Assembly: GCA_001179505.1 (NCBI GenBank)
Contig: CDMY01000562.1
Location: forward strand, 269,362 to 333,361
Source of the DNA: Vitrella brassicaformis CCMP3155
Taxonomy: Eukaryota; Protista; Chromerida
Reading direction: 5' to 3'
Length of the DNA: 64,000 nucleotides
The notes under the pieces were generated by a model that was not told the origin of the DNA, did no database searches, and saw nothing but the letters and a program-made list of their open reading frames with translations. Shown one piece after another: positions 36,325 through 47,546 of the stretch. The translations under genes were made by a program, and so were the position numbers. Positions within the stretch are counted from its first letter, which is position 1. Each line of letters starts with the position of its first letter.

Positions 36325-38739
36325 ACATATGGCCAGCTAGATGCATGCCTGGCCTGCCGGTAGTGTGAGTGTGGGATCTCACAACGAATGTGTGATGGGT
36401 CGGGGAGAAACTCGAAAGAAAGAAGAGACCCGTTTTGCGAAAATGACAGAGGGTCATGTATGTGTGGATGTGTGTGGTTCATGACTGATGAGGGTTTTGC
36501 GGTTTTGTTCCACTCGCCCGCCTTTGCTTTTGGGTGTGCCTGTTGGTTGGCTGTGCATGGTATTTTTGTCCTGTCGAGACAACGACACGTTTTGTCTTCC
36601 TCTCCTTTCCTTCCTCCTTTCTTTCTTCATTTCTTTCTCGCCCTGTGTGCGCTGCTGCTGGTGTGCTGCTGCCGCTACACACGTACGGCTGCCTTGCGTC
36701 GCTGCTTTCTGCATGTTGATGTGTGATGGTGGTGTGTTGTGTGTGTGATGCGTGTGGCCCTACATCGCATACATACCGCTATATCGCTACGGGTGGGGCG
36801 GGGTGGCCCCCTCTCATTCACACGTACATCTTTCTGACACGTACCGCTTTGCGTGCGCACGGACGTGGCGCCGCGACTGGTACTCATTCACTCGTCCATC
36901 CATTCATTCACACGAATGAGCAGCGCGGTGGCCACTGCTGACTTGAGGGGCGGGGGGGACGCTGCAGTGAGGCAAGGCAGGCAGAAAGGCACGTAGGTGG
37001 GCCGGGCGCATCACTCAGGCAGGCCTCACCTCACTCATCCATCCATGACGTCGAGAGAGGTTCACAGGGCCTGCCTGATCGCGTCGCCCATGCCTTTCGT
37101 GCTGTGTATTCATGCGTTCGATGCATGCATCCCCAGACAGGGATACAGCAGCACCACGCACGCCTGACTCGACAGCTGGCCTGGCTTGGCTAGCTGTGTA
37201 GGTAGGTCGATGCCTTGATGCCTTGTTCGTTCATGTCGATAGATACGGAACCGATGGCGGGGAAAGAGATAGATGAGATGAGACCGATTTATGTACATGT
37301 ATCTATGTCTGTGTGTGTGTGTGTGTGTGTGTGTGAATGGGTGCATTGCGTGGTGTATCTTGTGTGTGCACACGGAGAGAGAGAGAGGGGAAAGGAATGA
37401 GGGAGGATTGTTTCTCTTGCATGCCACGGGTGGGTGACAGGGTACACACGCTCAGAGGACACACCGATTTCGCGCATCCATCATCCAGCCATCCAATCCA
37501 CCCATTTTTCTTTTGCTCCTGCCTGCCTTGCCTTGCCTTGCCTTGCCTGACCTGCATGAGTGATCCATGAGGGACGGACTGACTGCGTGAGTGATGCGAT
37601 GCCTGTGCCTGCCTGCCTGCCTGCCTGTCTGTGCTAGTGATGCGAATTGGATCGAGTGACTACTGACTGACTGGATGCGAATTGGCCTGCCTGATTAGCG
37701 AACGAATGAATGTATCAATTGGCTGACTGACTACTGACTCCCTGAATGAATGCGACACACAGCTGATCAGACTGATTGATCATATGACCATGAGTTTTTC
37801 TCCTGACGTTGTCTCGCTGTCACTCCTGTCGGCCTGCCTTTCCTCCATCCTGCCTGCCTGCCTGTCTCGTCTCGTTCTCCCACTCAGACAGAACAGACAG
37901 ACGGACAGCTAGATAGCTACGGCTCGTTCACGATGGAGTGATGTGGTTTGTCCGTGTGCGTTGCGTTGATTGTCCGTGTCATGTGTGGCTTCATGCGAAG
38001 AAAGAGACGTGCATGCGAAGAAAGAGACGGCGTGTCGCATCTTGCCCGAACACGGTGTGACAGAACGGACGAGTGACTGACTGACACGTGCACACGACTC
38101 ACGAGAGTTTTTGTGCGGCTGCCTCAGCCTGCCTGCTACCCATACCCGTGGCCGCAACTAACTCTTCCTCACAATCATGCGCTGGCAGATCGACCGCCCT
38201 CGCCTGTCTGCCTGCCTGCCTGCCTCTCTGACTGTGTGTCTGTGCCTGGTTTGTTGTCTGCCCTGTGTTGGCTTTATGGAAGGTGATGTGGTGTGGGGCT
38301 GCCGGTTGCGGTGGCCGTGTGTGTTGATACAACCTTGATACGTCTCGCCCGCAGACTGGGAGGGGCATAGGGAGTGGGCAGAACCGTGGGGTCCGATCCA
38401 TGCGCACTTGTTTTATCCACAATCCACAGACAGCTTCTTGGTTATTTTTGCCTTCAGCGTTGGTGATCTGTGGTCGTGCTTTACTATCAGACGTATCTCC
38501 CCCGCCACCGCCATCCGATGGGTAGGGTTCGCATATGGACCCCTGCTCATTCGGTGACGACGGTGGGTGGCGTACTTCTGATGGTGAGACACACCATCGG
38601 TTCAGGACAACCAGGCAGGACATTGGGGGCGCACTGGGATGCGTTCACACGAGACTTGCTGCACATTCAAGAAGATCTGGCACGTGGCTGCGCAGAATTC
38701 ACACGAGGCTCTAGAACTGAGACAAGGTGGTGGTTCGTT

Positions 38740-38840
38740 TTTGTGGTTGTGGTCGTAACTGAAGTGAATCCCGGATGCGTCGACCAGTCTCCGCAGGAAT
38801 GGAGCAGTGACCGTGAAAAGCCAACTCAAAACACACGTCT
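38740..38840 (-). repeat. ~100-bp dispersed repeat, copy 2 (inverted relative to copy 1)
   Basis: Reverse complement aligns to 25845-25944 with scattered mismatches. Confidence 0.85.
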
Positions 38841-39310
38841 CCACACAGACCGACCTATACTTGTGTGTGTCGACCGTCAATCGTAATGAATTGCTTGTAA
38901 TTCAATTCATTTAATCTGGCTGGCTGATGTCCAAACTCCTCTCCCTCCCTCCCTCCCTCCCTGACTCCCTGCCGTCATTCGCCGCATAGACACACATACA
39001 CAGATGGCATGGCTTCTGTGCGCGACTCGACTTACCTAGCAACACACAACACGACACACAAATGCATGCACGCCTCTCCGTGGCTCCAAAATCTCAAGGC
39101 TTGCTTGGTGCTTTTCTTCCGGTCCATCCAAAATCTACTTACTGCACACCACACCACCAAACCCACCCATCGACGCTTCCAGCCACGCACACACAGACAG
39201 ACACGCCCATGCACGTGTCACGTGCATCCACACAGCAGCACACATAGCAATGCGTCGATAAAGAGAGAGAGACAAAGTGTGTACCGATCTTTCCTCCCTC
39301 TATATGTCAC

Positions 39311-40888
39311 TCATTCTTCTGGCTGGAGGTGCTTCTCCAGCCTCGACTTGACCCAGGGGGCAAGCTCGGTGTTGCTTGGGTCCCGCTTGTGTGTGCGGTA
39401 GTAGAGCGACCAGTGCGCCGTCTGCTGTGGGGCGAAGGCGCCGTCCTCCCATATGGCCATCAGCCGCTGCGGGAAGGGGCCCACCTCGATAGACCCAAGC
39501 CGACGCTGACGCTCGTACGGATAGGACAAGGCCAGCTGCACAGATAGATCACACCCATCCATCCATCCATCCACCGGCCGATGGATGGATTCACTTGTTT
39601 GTTTGTGACGCAGGCAGAGAGTTGTGTGCGTGTGCGTGTGTTGTGTTGTGTTGCGTGCACGGCACACCTGGAGGAATCGTGTGCCGTTGATCTGTGTGTC
39701 CCATCCGAAATGGGTGTGGCCGAACACGTGCATGTCGGGCCGAAGGCGCGCCACCCGCTGGCCGAGCAGGTCGCTGCCGACGGCCTTGGGCAGGTTTGGG
39801 TAGAAGAGGAACCGCTTCTCGGGCAGCAGATCGAGTCGCGGCAGAAAGTGAGAAAACGATATCACCTGCTCCACAGACCTGGTGGGCCCATCACACCACA
39901 CCACACATGGCATGGCCATTCATCTCATCACTCCCTCCCTCCCTCCCTCCGTCCCTATTACTTACACGTCGATGTCGTCCCACGATCTGATGTTCCTCTT
40001 GCCCGAACCGTTCAGCCGCCTGTCGTTCATCTGGTCGAAATACTCTGCGAGTGCTCGGCTGCCGTCGGCCGCCGAGAGGCCGTCGGGCCACCGACACGTC
40101 GCGAAATCCGTGATGACCTGCTCGACAGGCGGCAGCGGCAGATTGGGGATGTCGGGCTCGGTGTCGAAGTCGGTGTGGTACCAGGACAGCAGCGGCACTA
40201 CCCAAATGGTGCCCTCACTGGGGTTGCTGCTGCGGTCACTTGGTGGGGGGGCGGGGGGCGTGTTCTCTGTCCATTGTCGCTGCCAGGCCAGGCGCTTGGG
40301 TGTGGTGACGATGCCCATCTCGTCGCACATGGTGAAGATGTACTGGAGCTTGGCAGCAGAGTCGGCGAACTTGGGGTTGCTGCTGCTGCCGCTGCTGCTG
40401 CCGTTGCCGCTGCTTCTGGTGTGTGTTGGGTTGCGGGAGGGGGAGGGGGAGTGGAAGACCTCATCGCGTGTGACCCATACATCGTGATTGCCTGCAGCAG
40501 CACGGCAGGCATCAGTCAGTGTCAGTCGCCGTGCTGTGTCTGTCGTGTTCTGTCAGTCGTGTGTGATCAGGATCAGATCTATCAGCGCACCTGGTACGAA
40601 GAATACTGATTGATGCACATCAATCAACAAACCACACACACACACGCAGGTGTGGCGTGAAGGAAGGCATGTGTCCAACACGGTTGGTGCTTGTCTGTCT
40701 TCTTACTTACCGTGTCCGAATTTCTCAGTGAACAGCTGCAGTGTGGTCCGGAGAGTGGCGAGGCGGTCGCTGACATCGCCGGCCACTATAACGGCGTCTT
40801 CCTTGTAGGCCGTCTGGGAGAGGCCCTGCACGTACTCGAGGTTGGCACGATAGTCGGTGTGAACATCACTGATGGCAAAGATGCGCAT
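39311..40888 (-). CDS. Calcineurin-like metallophosphoesterase
   Basis: All five motif blocks in order: IFAISDVHTD, VIVAGDVS, FFVP|GNHDVW, ISFSHFLP and HVFGHTH. The start codon could lie further upstream. Confidence 0.9.
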
Positions 40889-41490
40889 GATCTCTCGAAA
40901 GACGCCCGAGCTACGCGGGCTAGCCGGAAATAATGAGACACACATCCGCGTCTCACAAGCGTCAGCGAGACTCTCACATGTCTTATCTATCGGATGAACA
41001 GGACACATGAGAGAAGACGACGCGCCAGCTGACCAGTCCGTCGGCGCGTGGAAGGGTGGAAAAAATGCAACAGTGTAGCTACAGCAGCGCCCGAGCAACT
41101 GACTACCGTGGAAAACCTTCAATGCACAGGCAGCCAGACGGCCAGGGCAAACAACCAGGGGCGTCCCAACGAACACACGGCGCTCTCTCATCGGCCAGCT
41201 TGCAAGGCCACAGAAAAAGGTCGCTGGCCAGACAGGTAAGCAACCAAGGGAGAGTCTCAGGGAGTAAGGAATCAAGGGAGGGACTGAGGGGTCTGTACAG
41301 GAAGCCATGGATATGCAGTCAGCCAGGAGAGACAGCCAGTGGAAGGAACAAAACTATGGATAGATGGCGGGGTGGCTGGCTGGAGAAACAAAGACGAGAG
41401 AGAGAGAGAGAGAGAGAGAGGGAGAAGAAAGAAAGAAAGAAAGACAAAGCGAGTCGGCCAGCACACGAGGACACCCCGGGCAGACAGGGC

Positions 41491-43132
41491 CTATTTGCGG
41501 TTGATGAGTCGCGGGTTCTTTGTGACTGGCTGGCGAAACATGAAGAGGAGCTCGCTGAACCGTACTCGTTCGGTTCTCGCCGGCCGCCGTGGGTAGCCCC
41601 ACTTGTCAGCAGCAGCAGCATCAGCCGCTGCGTGGTCAGCCGAGAATTTGTCGTGTCGTTGTGTGGGGAGAGTCTGGATGACGGCTTCGTTGGTGTCCAG
41701 GTCGTCTTTCAACGGCTGCTGGCTCTCGGGGAGGGCCGAGCCGATCTGACGCCACACATACTCGCGAAGCTGATCCTGCACGCGACACCACACCACATCA
41801 AACACGAGATGCGATGCGATACGGCGACATTGCTTCGAACGAATGCCTCTCTCTGTGTGTGTGTGTCTGACCTCGGTGAACCCGGTCGGGTGGATCTTTG
41901 GGTGTATGTGCAGCTTCACGGTGCCTGCCGCGGGCTTGAGGGGCACCAAGGCGGTCGGCGGCATCATGGCATGGGTGCCCTCTATCGTTACCGGCACCAC
42001 TGGAAGATTCATCTGATGGATGGATGGATGGACAGAAAGACATGCATGGTGCAGGTGTGTCTGTGTGTCCTTCCTTCCTCTCGACACACCCATCCATCCA
42101 TCAGCCACCCACGCACCCACCTGTTGGGCGAGTTTGAATGCTCCTCCTTTGCCAAACGGCTTGAGCCGCCCGTCGCGGCTCCTGGTGCCCTCCGGGAACA
42201 CGAAGAGGGGATACCCTGTCTTCAGAATCTGCTGGCACTGGCGGTATGCCTTGATTTGCGACCGCTTGTCGTCGCGCTCGAGGATGACCTGGTCGGAGAG
42301 CATGATGGAGAGGCCCAGAATGGGCACCTTCAGCAGCTCCGCCTTGGCCACGAACTTGTAGAACCTTGGCAGCATCCCCACCGCAGGAATGTCCATCCAA
42401 CTCGCGTGATTCGCCACGTAACTGAGGAGGACAGCAGGCAGAAACAACCACACATCGATGGGCGAAGCAAGCGGGCGACGGGCGGCTCCCCTTCCCTCTT
42501 CCTTTGGCTTACACGCATGTTTCGTTGTTGGGTGGGAGGTTCTCGGGGTTGACGATGACGGGCATGGAGTTAATGGTCGTCAGCATGAAGAATCCCCACA
42601 GCCGGTTCAGCGCATCGATGCTACGTCGGGCGGGGTCCAGCGTCAGGCCGGCGCGGTCGCTCAGCTCCAGCACCCCCCCACACACCAGCAGCCCCAGGGC
42701 CCACCAGATCGACCAGAACAGCGTCTCGATGAAGTATAGCACCCCGAACGCGTTGACCGACAGACCGCCTATCGAGAACAGACCATTCATTTCCACATCT
42801 GCAGAGCTGTCGGTCGTGTTGGCTTGCAGCATAGGCGGCCGTGTTTCGCGTCGTTCGGTGTCGGTCTTGGTTGCCTTCAAGAGAACATTGGTGTCGCTCT
42901 GGTGGCTGCGCAGTCGGTCAGCGCACCAACGCTGATGCGGCGGCCTTGCGTGTGGGCGTGAGAGGGGCAACGATAATGATGATGAGCTGCTGGCAGTACT
43001 GCAGCACTGAAAGGCGCTGGGTTTGTGCTGAACGGCTGCATTCAGATGCTGGCAGCTGCTCAAGAGGCAGATCAACACCAGTCGGCGCACCAGCGGGTCA
43101 ACAAGGTTCATCATGCTCAATACAGTCGCCAT
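41491..43132 (-). CDS. plsC: 1-acyl-sn-glycerol-3-phosphate acyltransferase (PlsC/LPAT, ATS2-like), plastid-targeted
   Basis: NHASWMD (HX4D), FVAKAEL, VFPEGTRS and PVVPVTI motifs. Hydrophobic signal LVLICLLSSC followed by an SAF motif and a Ser/Arg-rich transit-like region. Confidence 0.92.
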
Positions 43133-43230
43133 GCTATTTTGTGAGCTCGCAATTGCGAGCTTAGCCCCCACGCGCCCCGCAGTCTTTCCCGCAGAAGTTC
43201 GCAGCAGGGGTTCTTCTAACTTCTGGTGAC
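43133..43230. promoter_or_regulatory. 98-bp divergent spacer (putative bidirectional promoter) with a perfect 18-bp palindrome at 43144-43161
   Basis: Lies between the opposing ATGs of LPAT and TTC29 and contains agctcgcaattgcgagct. Promoter function is inferred. Confidence 0.6.
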
Positions 43231-45626
43231 ATGGCTACCGGAAGCACGACACTACCGCCTGCTTATTCCACCGTGAGGCCCTCGCCAAACCGGCTGCAGG
43301 CCACGGGGACACTCGCTAGCACCCTCGCTGCAGACATCTACGACCATGAAAAGGAACTCGCGTTGCCGACCAGCCCTCTCAAGGCCTCTCTCCTCTCGCG
43401 GCCGCCTGGCGCCCAGCCGGCTGTGCGTGGCGCGGTGCAGGAGGCCCCGCCGCCCGCCAAGAGCAAGATACAGAAGCTGCGGGAGGAGCTGCTGACGTCT
43501 AAGAGGGCGGCGGCCATGACACAGGCACCGGCAGCCAAGAAGCCGCCAGCCGAGGGGGCTCCTACAGCACCGGCTGCTGCCGCTGCTGGTGTTGATGTGG
43601 GAGGGACGATGCTGCTCACATCGACGATGCCCCAGGCAGCAGAGGGGTCAGTATCCGTGTCGGCATCGGCGTCGGCCTCAGCGACAGCCACACTGACGGC
43701 CACTGCAGTGGGCAGCCCGCAGCAGCTGTGCGTGGAGCTCCTGCTGGCCGGCTGCGTGCAGTCCTTCATTGACTTTTTCGTCATCACACACAGCGCAGAG
43801 GACGTCATGGCGTCCCTGGGCGAGAGGGCGGGGGACGCCGCTAAGCCCAGAAGGTTCAAACCCGTCGAAATGGAGAAACCAGGAAAGGGGCCTGTCTCAG
43901 CGGCGCCGGCATCCCAGCAGCAGCAACCGGCAGAAGGCATCTCGACATCCTCCACTACCCTACAGCCCCTGCAGACGGCCCCTGCCGTGCCCGAGGAGAC
44001 CCTGGTGTTCCTCAAGGAGACGCTCGAGTCGGCAGAGACGGCCAGGCGGCTCGGCCCCACCTACCTCTCTCAGTGCTTCGAGCAGTACCGTGTGGTTGCC
44101 GAGTACTTTGAGAAAATCCACGACCTCGACTCCGCCCGGTACTTCCACAGGCGGTGCGGCGAAGTGGTCGCCGCCGGCATTGCCAGCAAGGGCGGGGCGG
44201 GGGCGGGGGGAGAGGGGGAGACGGCGGGGCTTCGTGAGTGTCTGGCCAAGTCTCTGTTGAGTCTGGGCATCTGTGACGAGAGGACCAACAATTGGGCTAG
44301 CGCCAAGGAGCACCACGAGCAGGCGTTGCGTGTGGCGTCGGCCAAGTCGGAGAGGCCGGGCAGGGGCGCCCCAGCCACAGCAGGGAGAGAGAGGGGCGGC
44401 CCGCCTCAGGAGGGTGGACGTCAGAGCGACGAGGAGGTGGTGAGCCTGCCGCTGATGCTCAAGTCTGCCAGCCGCCTTGTAGAGGTCTACAAAGTACTCG
44501 CAGCCAAATGCGAACGGGTCAGCTCCGCCCCCCCCCCCCGGCTCACCTTTGTTCCGTGTCTCGTCAGAATAACGTTGTCTATTGTTTCCACAACGCCTAA
44601 TGTGCAGGAGGGTCGCTATGAGGCAGCAGCACAGAGCTACGAGCGGTGTGTGGAGTGCGCGCGGCTGAGCCGGGATTCTGCATTGGAGGGCACGGCATGC
44701 TACAACCTCGGCAAGGCCAAGCTCAGACTCGGTAGGGAAACCAACCATACGAGGCGGGTGAGGTGAGACACGATCAATCGGCCGATGCCCTCCCTGGTTG
44801 GCTTGTTGGCTGTTGACTGGCTGACAGGTTCGTATCACGAGGCGGCCGCCCTTCAGCAGCAGTACCTTGACATATGCCGGTAGGTGCGGCGCTGTGTGGG
44901 GGTGTGAGAGGTCGAAAGATGCGGCAGAGAGACACATTCGTGTGTGTGAATGCGTCGGTTGCAGGACTCACGGCGATCGTGTGGGCGAGAGTGCCGCTCG
45001 TGCGTCTCTGGCTCAGGCGCAGCAAGCCCTCGGCAACACACAGGTAGGTAACACAGGGGTCTCACACACAAGGATGCCAGTGTCAATGTGTCTCTGTGTC
45101 TCTGTCGTTGATGGATCTATTGATGGGATGGCCACACAGGAGGCGGTGCGGCAGCTGGAGCAGCTCCTGGCTGTGGCCAACGAGGCCGTAAGCGCACAGT
45201 GCACAACCACACCCACACCCGCACCCACACCCATACCCACACTCGCATGTATGCATACCTCTTGCCATTCAGGGGGAGCTTGATGCCCAGACTGGGGCGT
45301 GTCTCAACCTGGGCCTGCTGTACAGCCAGCGGGCCGAATACGACAAAGCTGTCGACCTGCTCGAGCAGCACTTCGACCTCGCAAGGCAAGACTGGACGCC
45401 ACCAATCAACACAGATGATGATGCGATGCATCCCTCCCGTGTGATGTGTGTTGTATTGTGCAGGCAGCTGGGTGACCGCAAGCTGATCGACTCTGCCCGT
45501 GTGCTGCTGGGAGTGGCTCGAGGCAACGGCAAGCTGACTCCATACATCGACGTTATAGGCACCAGCCTCGACCGACTGCTCAAATGGAAATCTCGCCGGG
45601 TGCCCATCGACCAGCCCGAGACATAA
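43231..45626 (+). CDS. TTC29: Tetratricopeptide repeat protein 29-like (axonemal TPR protein)
   Basis: QQLCVELLLAGCVQSFIDFF, LKETLESAETARRLG...YFEK, TPR helices (YERCVECA, CYNLGKA, LGVLYSQRAEYDKAV) and C-terminus ARVLLGVARGN...LDRLLKWKSRR resemble TTC29. Confidence 0.8.
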
Positions 45627-45738
45627 TTATTGCTGCATTCATCGACGCGTATACACCATGGCCACACGGACGAAATGAAGGTGCAGCTGCTGCCGTCTGT
45701 GTGTGTGTGGGGGGGGGGAGGGGGGCGGGCGAGGGCGG

Positions 45739-46038
45739 NNNNNNNNNNNNNNNNNNNNNNNNNNNNNNNNNNNNNNNNNNNNNNNNNNNNNNNNNNNNNN
45801 NNNNNNNNNNNNNNNNNNNNNNNNNNNNNNNNNNNNNNNNNNNNNNNNNNNNNNNNNNNNNNNNNNNNNNNNNNNNNNNNNNNNNNNNNNNNNNNNNNNN
45901 NNNNNNNNNNNNNNNNNNNNNNNNNNNNNNNNNNNNNNNNNNNNNNNNNNNNNNNNNNNNNNNNNNNNNNNNNNNNNNNNNNNNNNNNNNNNNNNNNNNN
46001 NNNNNNNNNNNNNNNNNNNNNNNNNNNNNNNNNNNNNN
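45739..46038. other. Assembly gap (300 N), intergenic, G-rich flanks
   Basis: Exactly 300 N. Confidence 0.95.
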
Positions 46039-46495
46039 GAGGGCGGTGGGGTGAGAGGATGATATCTGTCGATTGATTGATGATTGTGTGCGTGCGAGCG
46101 TGCGTGGCCGCATCCATCAATCAAGTCAGTCACATGCTAGCACTCACTGTACAGCAGCAGTCTCTCTCCTCTCCCTCACACCGCACCACACCTCATACGG
46201 CTTAAAACCAATCAATCTGACAGACAGACAGACAGACAGACAGGCAGGCAGAGAGACCTGGCATAGCTAATGCGAGAGGTACCAGCCACCCAGCCACTCA
46301 GCCACCTACAGGCAACTCACCCTCTACCCCTCACCCTCTGTCCATAGAGGGAGGTGTCTCATCCACCCATCTGTCTGTCTGTCTGTCTGTCTGTCTGGGT
46401 GCCTATCTATCCATCTATCTCTCCAGGCTGCCTGGCTGGCTGGCTCGCTGGCTGCCTGTGGCCAACCAGGCGGCCGCTATGCTGCTACTTCTTAA

Positions 46496-47357
46496 CTAAC
46501 CCTCCTTAGCCTCACACCACTTCACGCCATGGTCGGTGCGGTTTTTGCCGCCCTTGCACTTCTTCGGCACGTCGCCAGGCTCGATGCACTCGCGTCCCTT
46601 CAACTCACCGATGATGCGGAGAAAGTCGCTGCCGGGAAGTGGAGGGGCGGGAGCGTCGCCCTCGTCGGACCACGTGCCCATGCAGATGTTCTCATTGTTG
46701 TCGCGGGGTAGGTAGGTAGGTAAGGGTAGGGGGCTGACTCGAGTGCCGTGTTCAGTGCCGTGCCGGTAAGAGTAGATCCGCAACGCACAGAAGTCTGCAC
46801 GCAAACAGAACAGACAAGGGAGGGAGGGGCGGGGGAGAGCAAGGCATCAACGATCTACGCGGGCACCTGTTGTTCGCTCTGCGGGCAGACCTTTGGGCTG
46901 GTCGGTCTTGCCGGCGTTGGCTAATGTCATGACGGTGCGGTGTGCCGTGCCGATGGCCTGCATGGACGTAGGGGTCAGTTCGTGGGCGGCAGTGCTGAGC
47001 TGGTGGGCGGCAGCGATGGCCTTGCCAGCGTGGTCCAGCTGCAGCTGCACCAATGACATCTGCTGGGCCTCAGACGCCGACAACTCACCACCTGCATCCA
47101 TCCGTCAGGCACACAACACACTGGACGGATGGGCGCCATGATCGCACACACCACTTCTATACGTATACAAAGCTCATGAGCGGCCACCAGCCCCTCTGCA
47201 GCCATAGATCAGCCAACGCACAACATGGGCAGATCTGCCGTGATGGACGCTGTGTGCTTCCGCTGTGCTTACGTCGGTCATGGTTGCGCTGTAGCACGGT
47301 GCTGGAGAGGCCAACCACTGGCAGCAGGACGGTAGCAAGGCCCAAACCACGCGTCAT
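46496..47357 (-). CDS. Putative secreted protein with an Ala-rich helical segment and a Cys-containing C-terminus
   Basis: MTRGLGLATVLLPVVGLSSTV signal-like start; phase-compatible GT-AG exons (gtaagc and gtgccc donors) leading to DFCALRIYSY...ICMGTW...ECIEPGDVPKKCKGG...KWCEAKEG-stop. Confidence 0.55.
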
Positions 47358-47546
47358 CCTCACAGAGGCTCCCGAAGACGTCAAAAAAGGTGTGGCGCTC
47401 GGCGACTTCGCAAAGATCTCTCTGGATGACGCTGAGGAGAGAGGATCTTCTTCTCGGCGTTTCGGCCAGGTTGCACCGGGCCAGCTTGCCCCCACTCCCC
47501 CCCCAGTCTCTCGAAAGTAGTTTCCCTCTCGTCATCACCTTGCAAA

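Noticed and set aside
36388-38700. ORFs between SLC4 and the metallophosphoesterase (e.g. 38099-38623, 38470-38886)
   Set aside because: No motifs or consistent exon chain; the region is dominated by simple repeats. A small unrecognised gene cannot be excluded.
7013-46038. Four N-runs giving long poly-X ORFs with poly-Pro/Gly ends
   Set aside because: Each is exactly 300 N beside C/G-rich tracts, i.e. a scaffolding placeholder. PREX and RCC1 exons join sensibly across their gaps, so there is no evidence of hidden genes.
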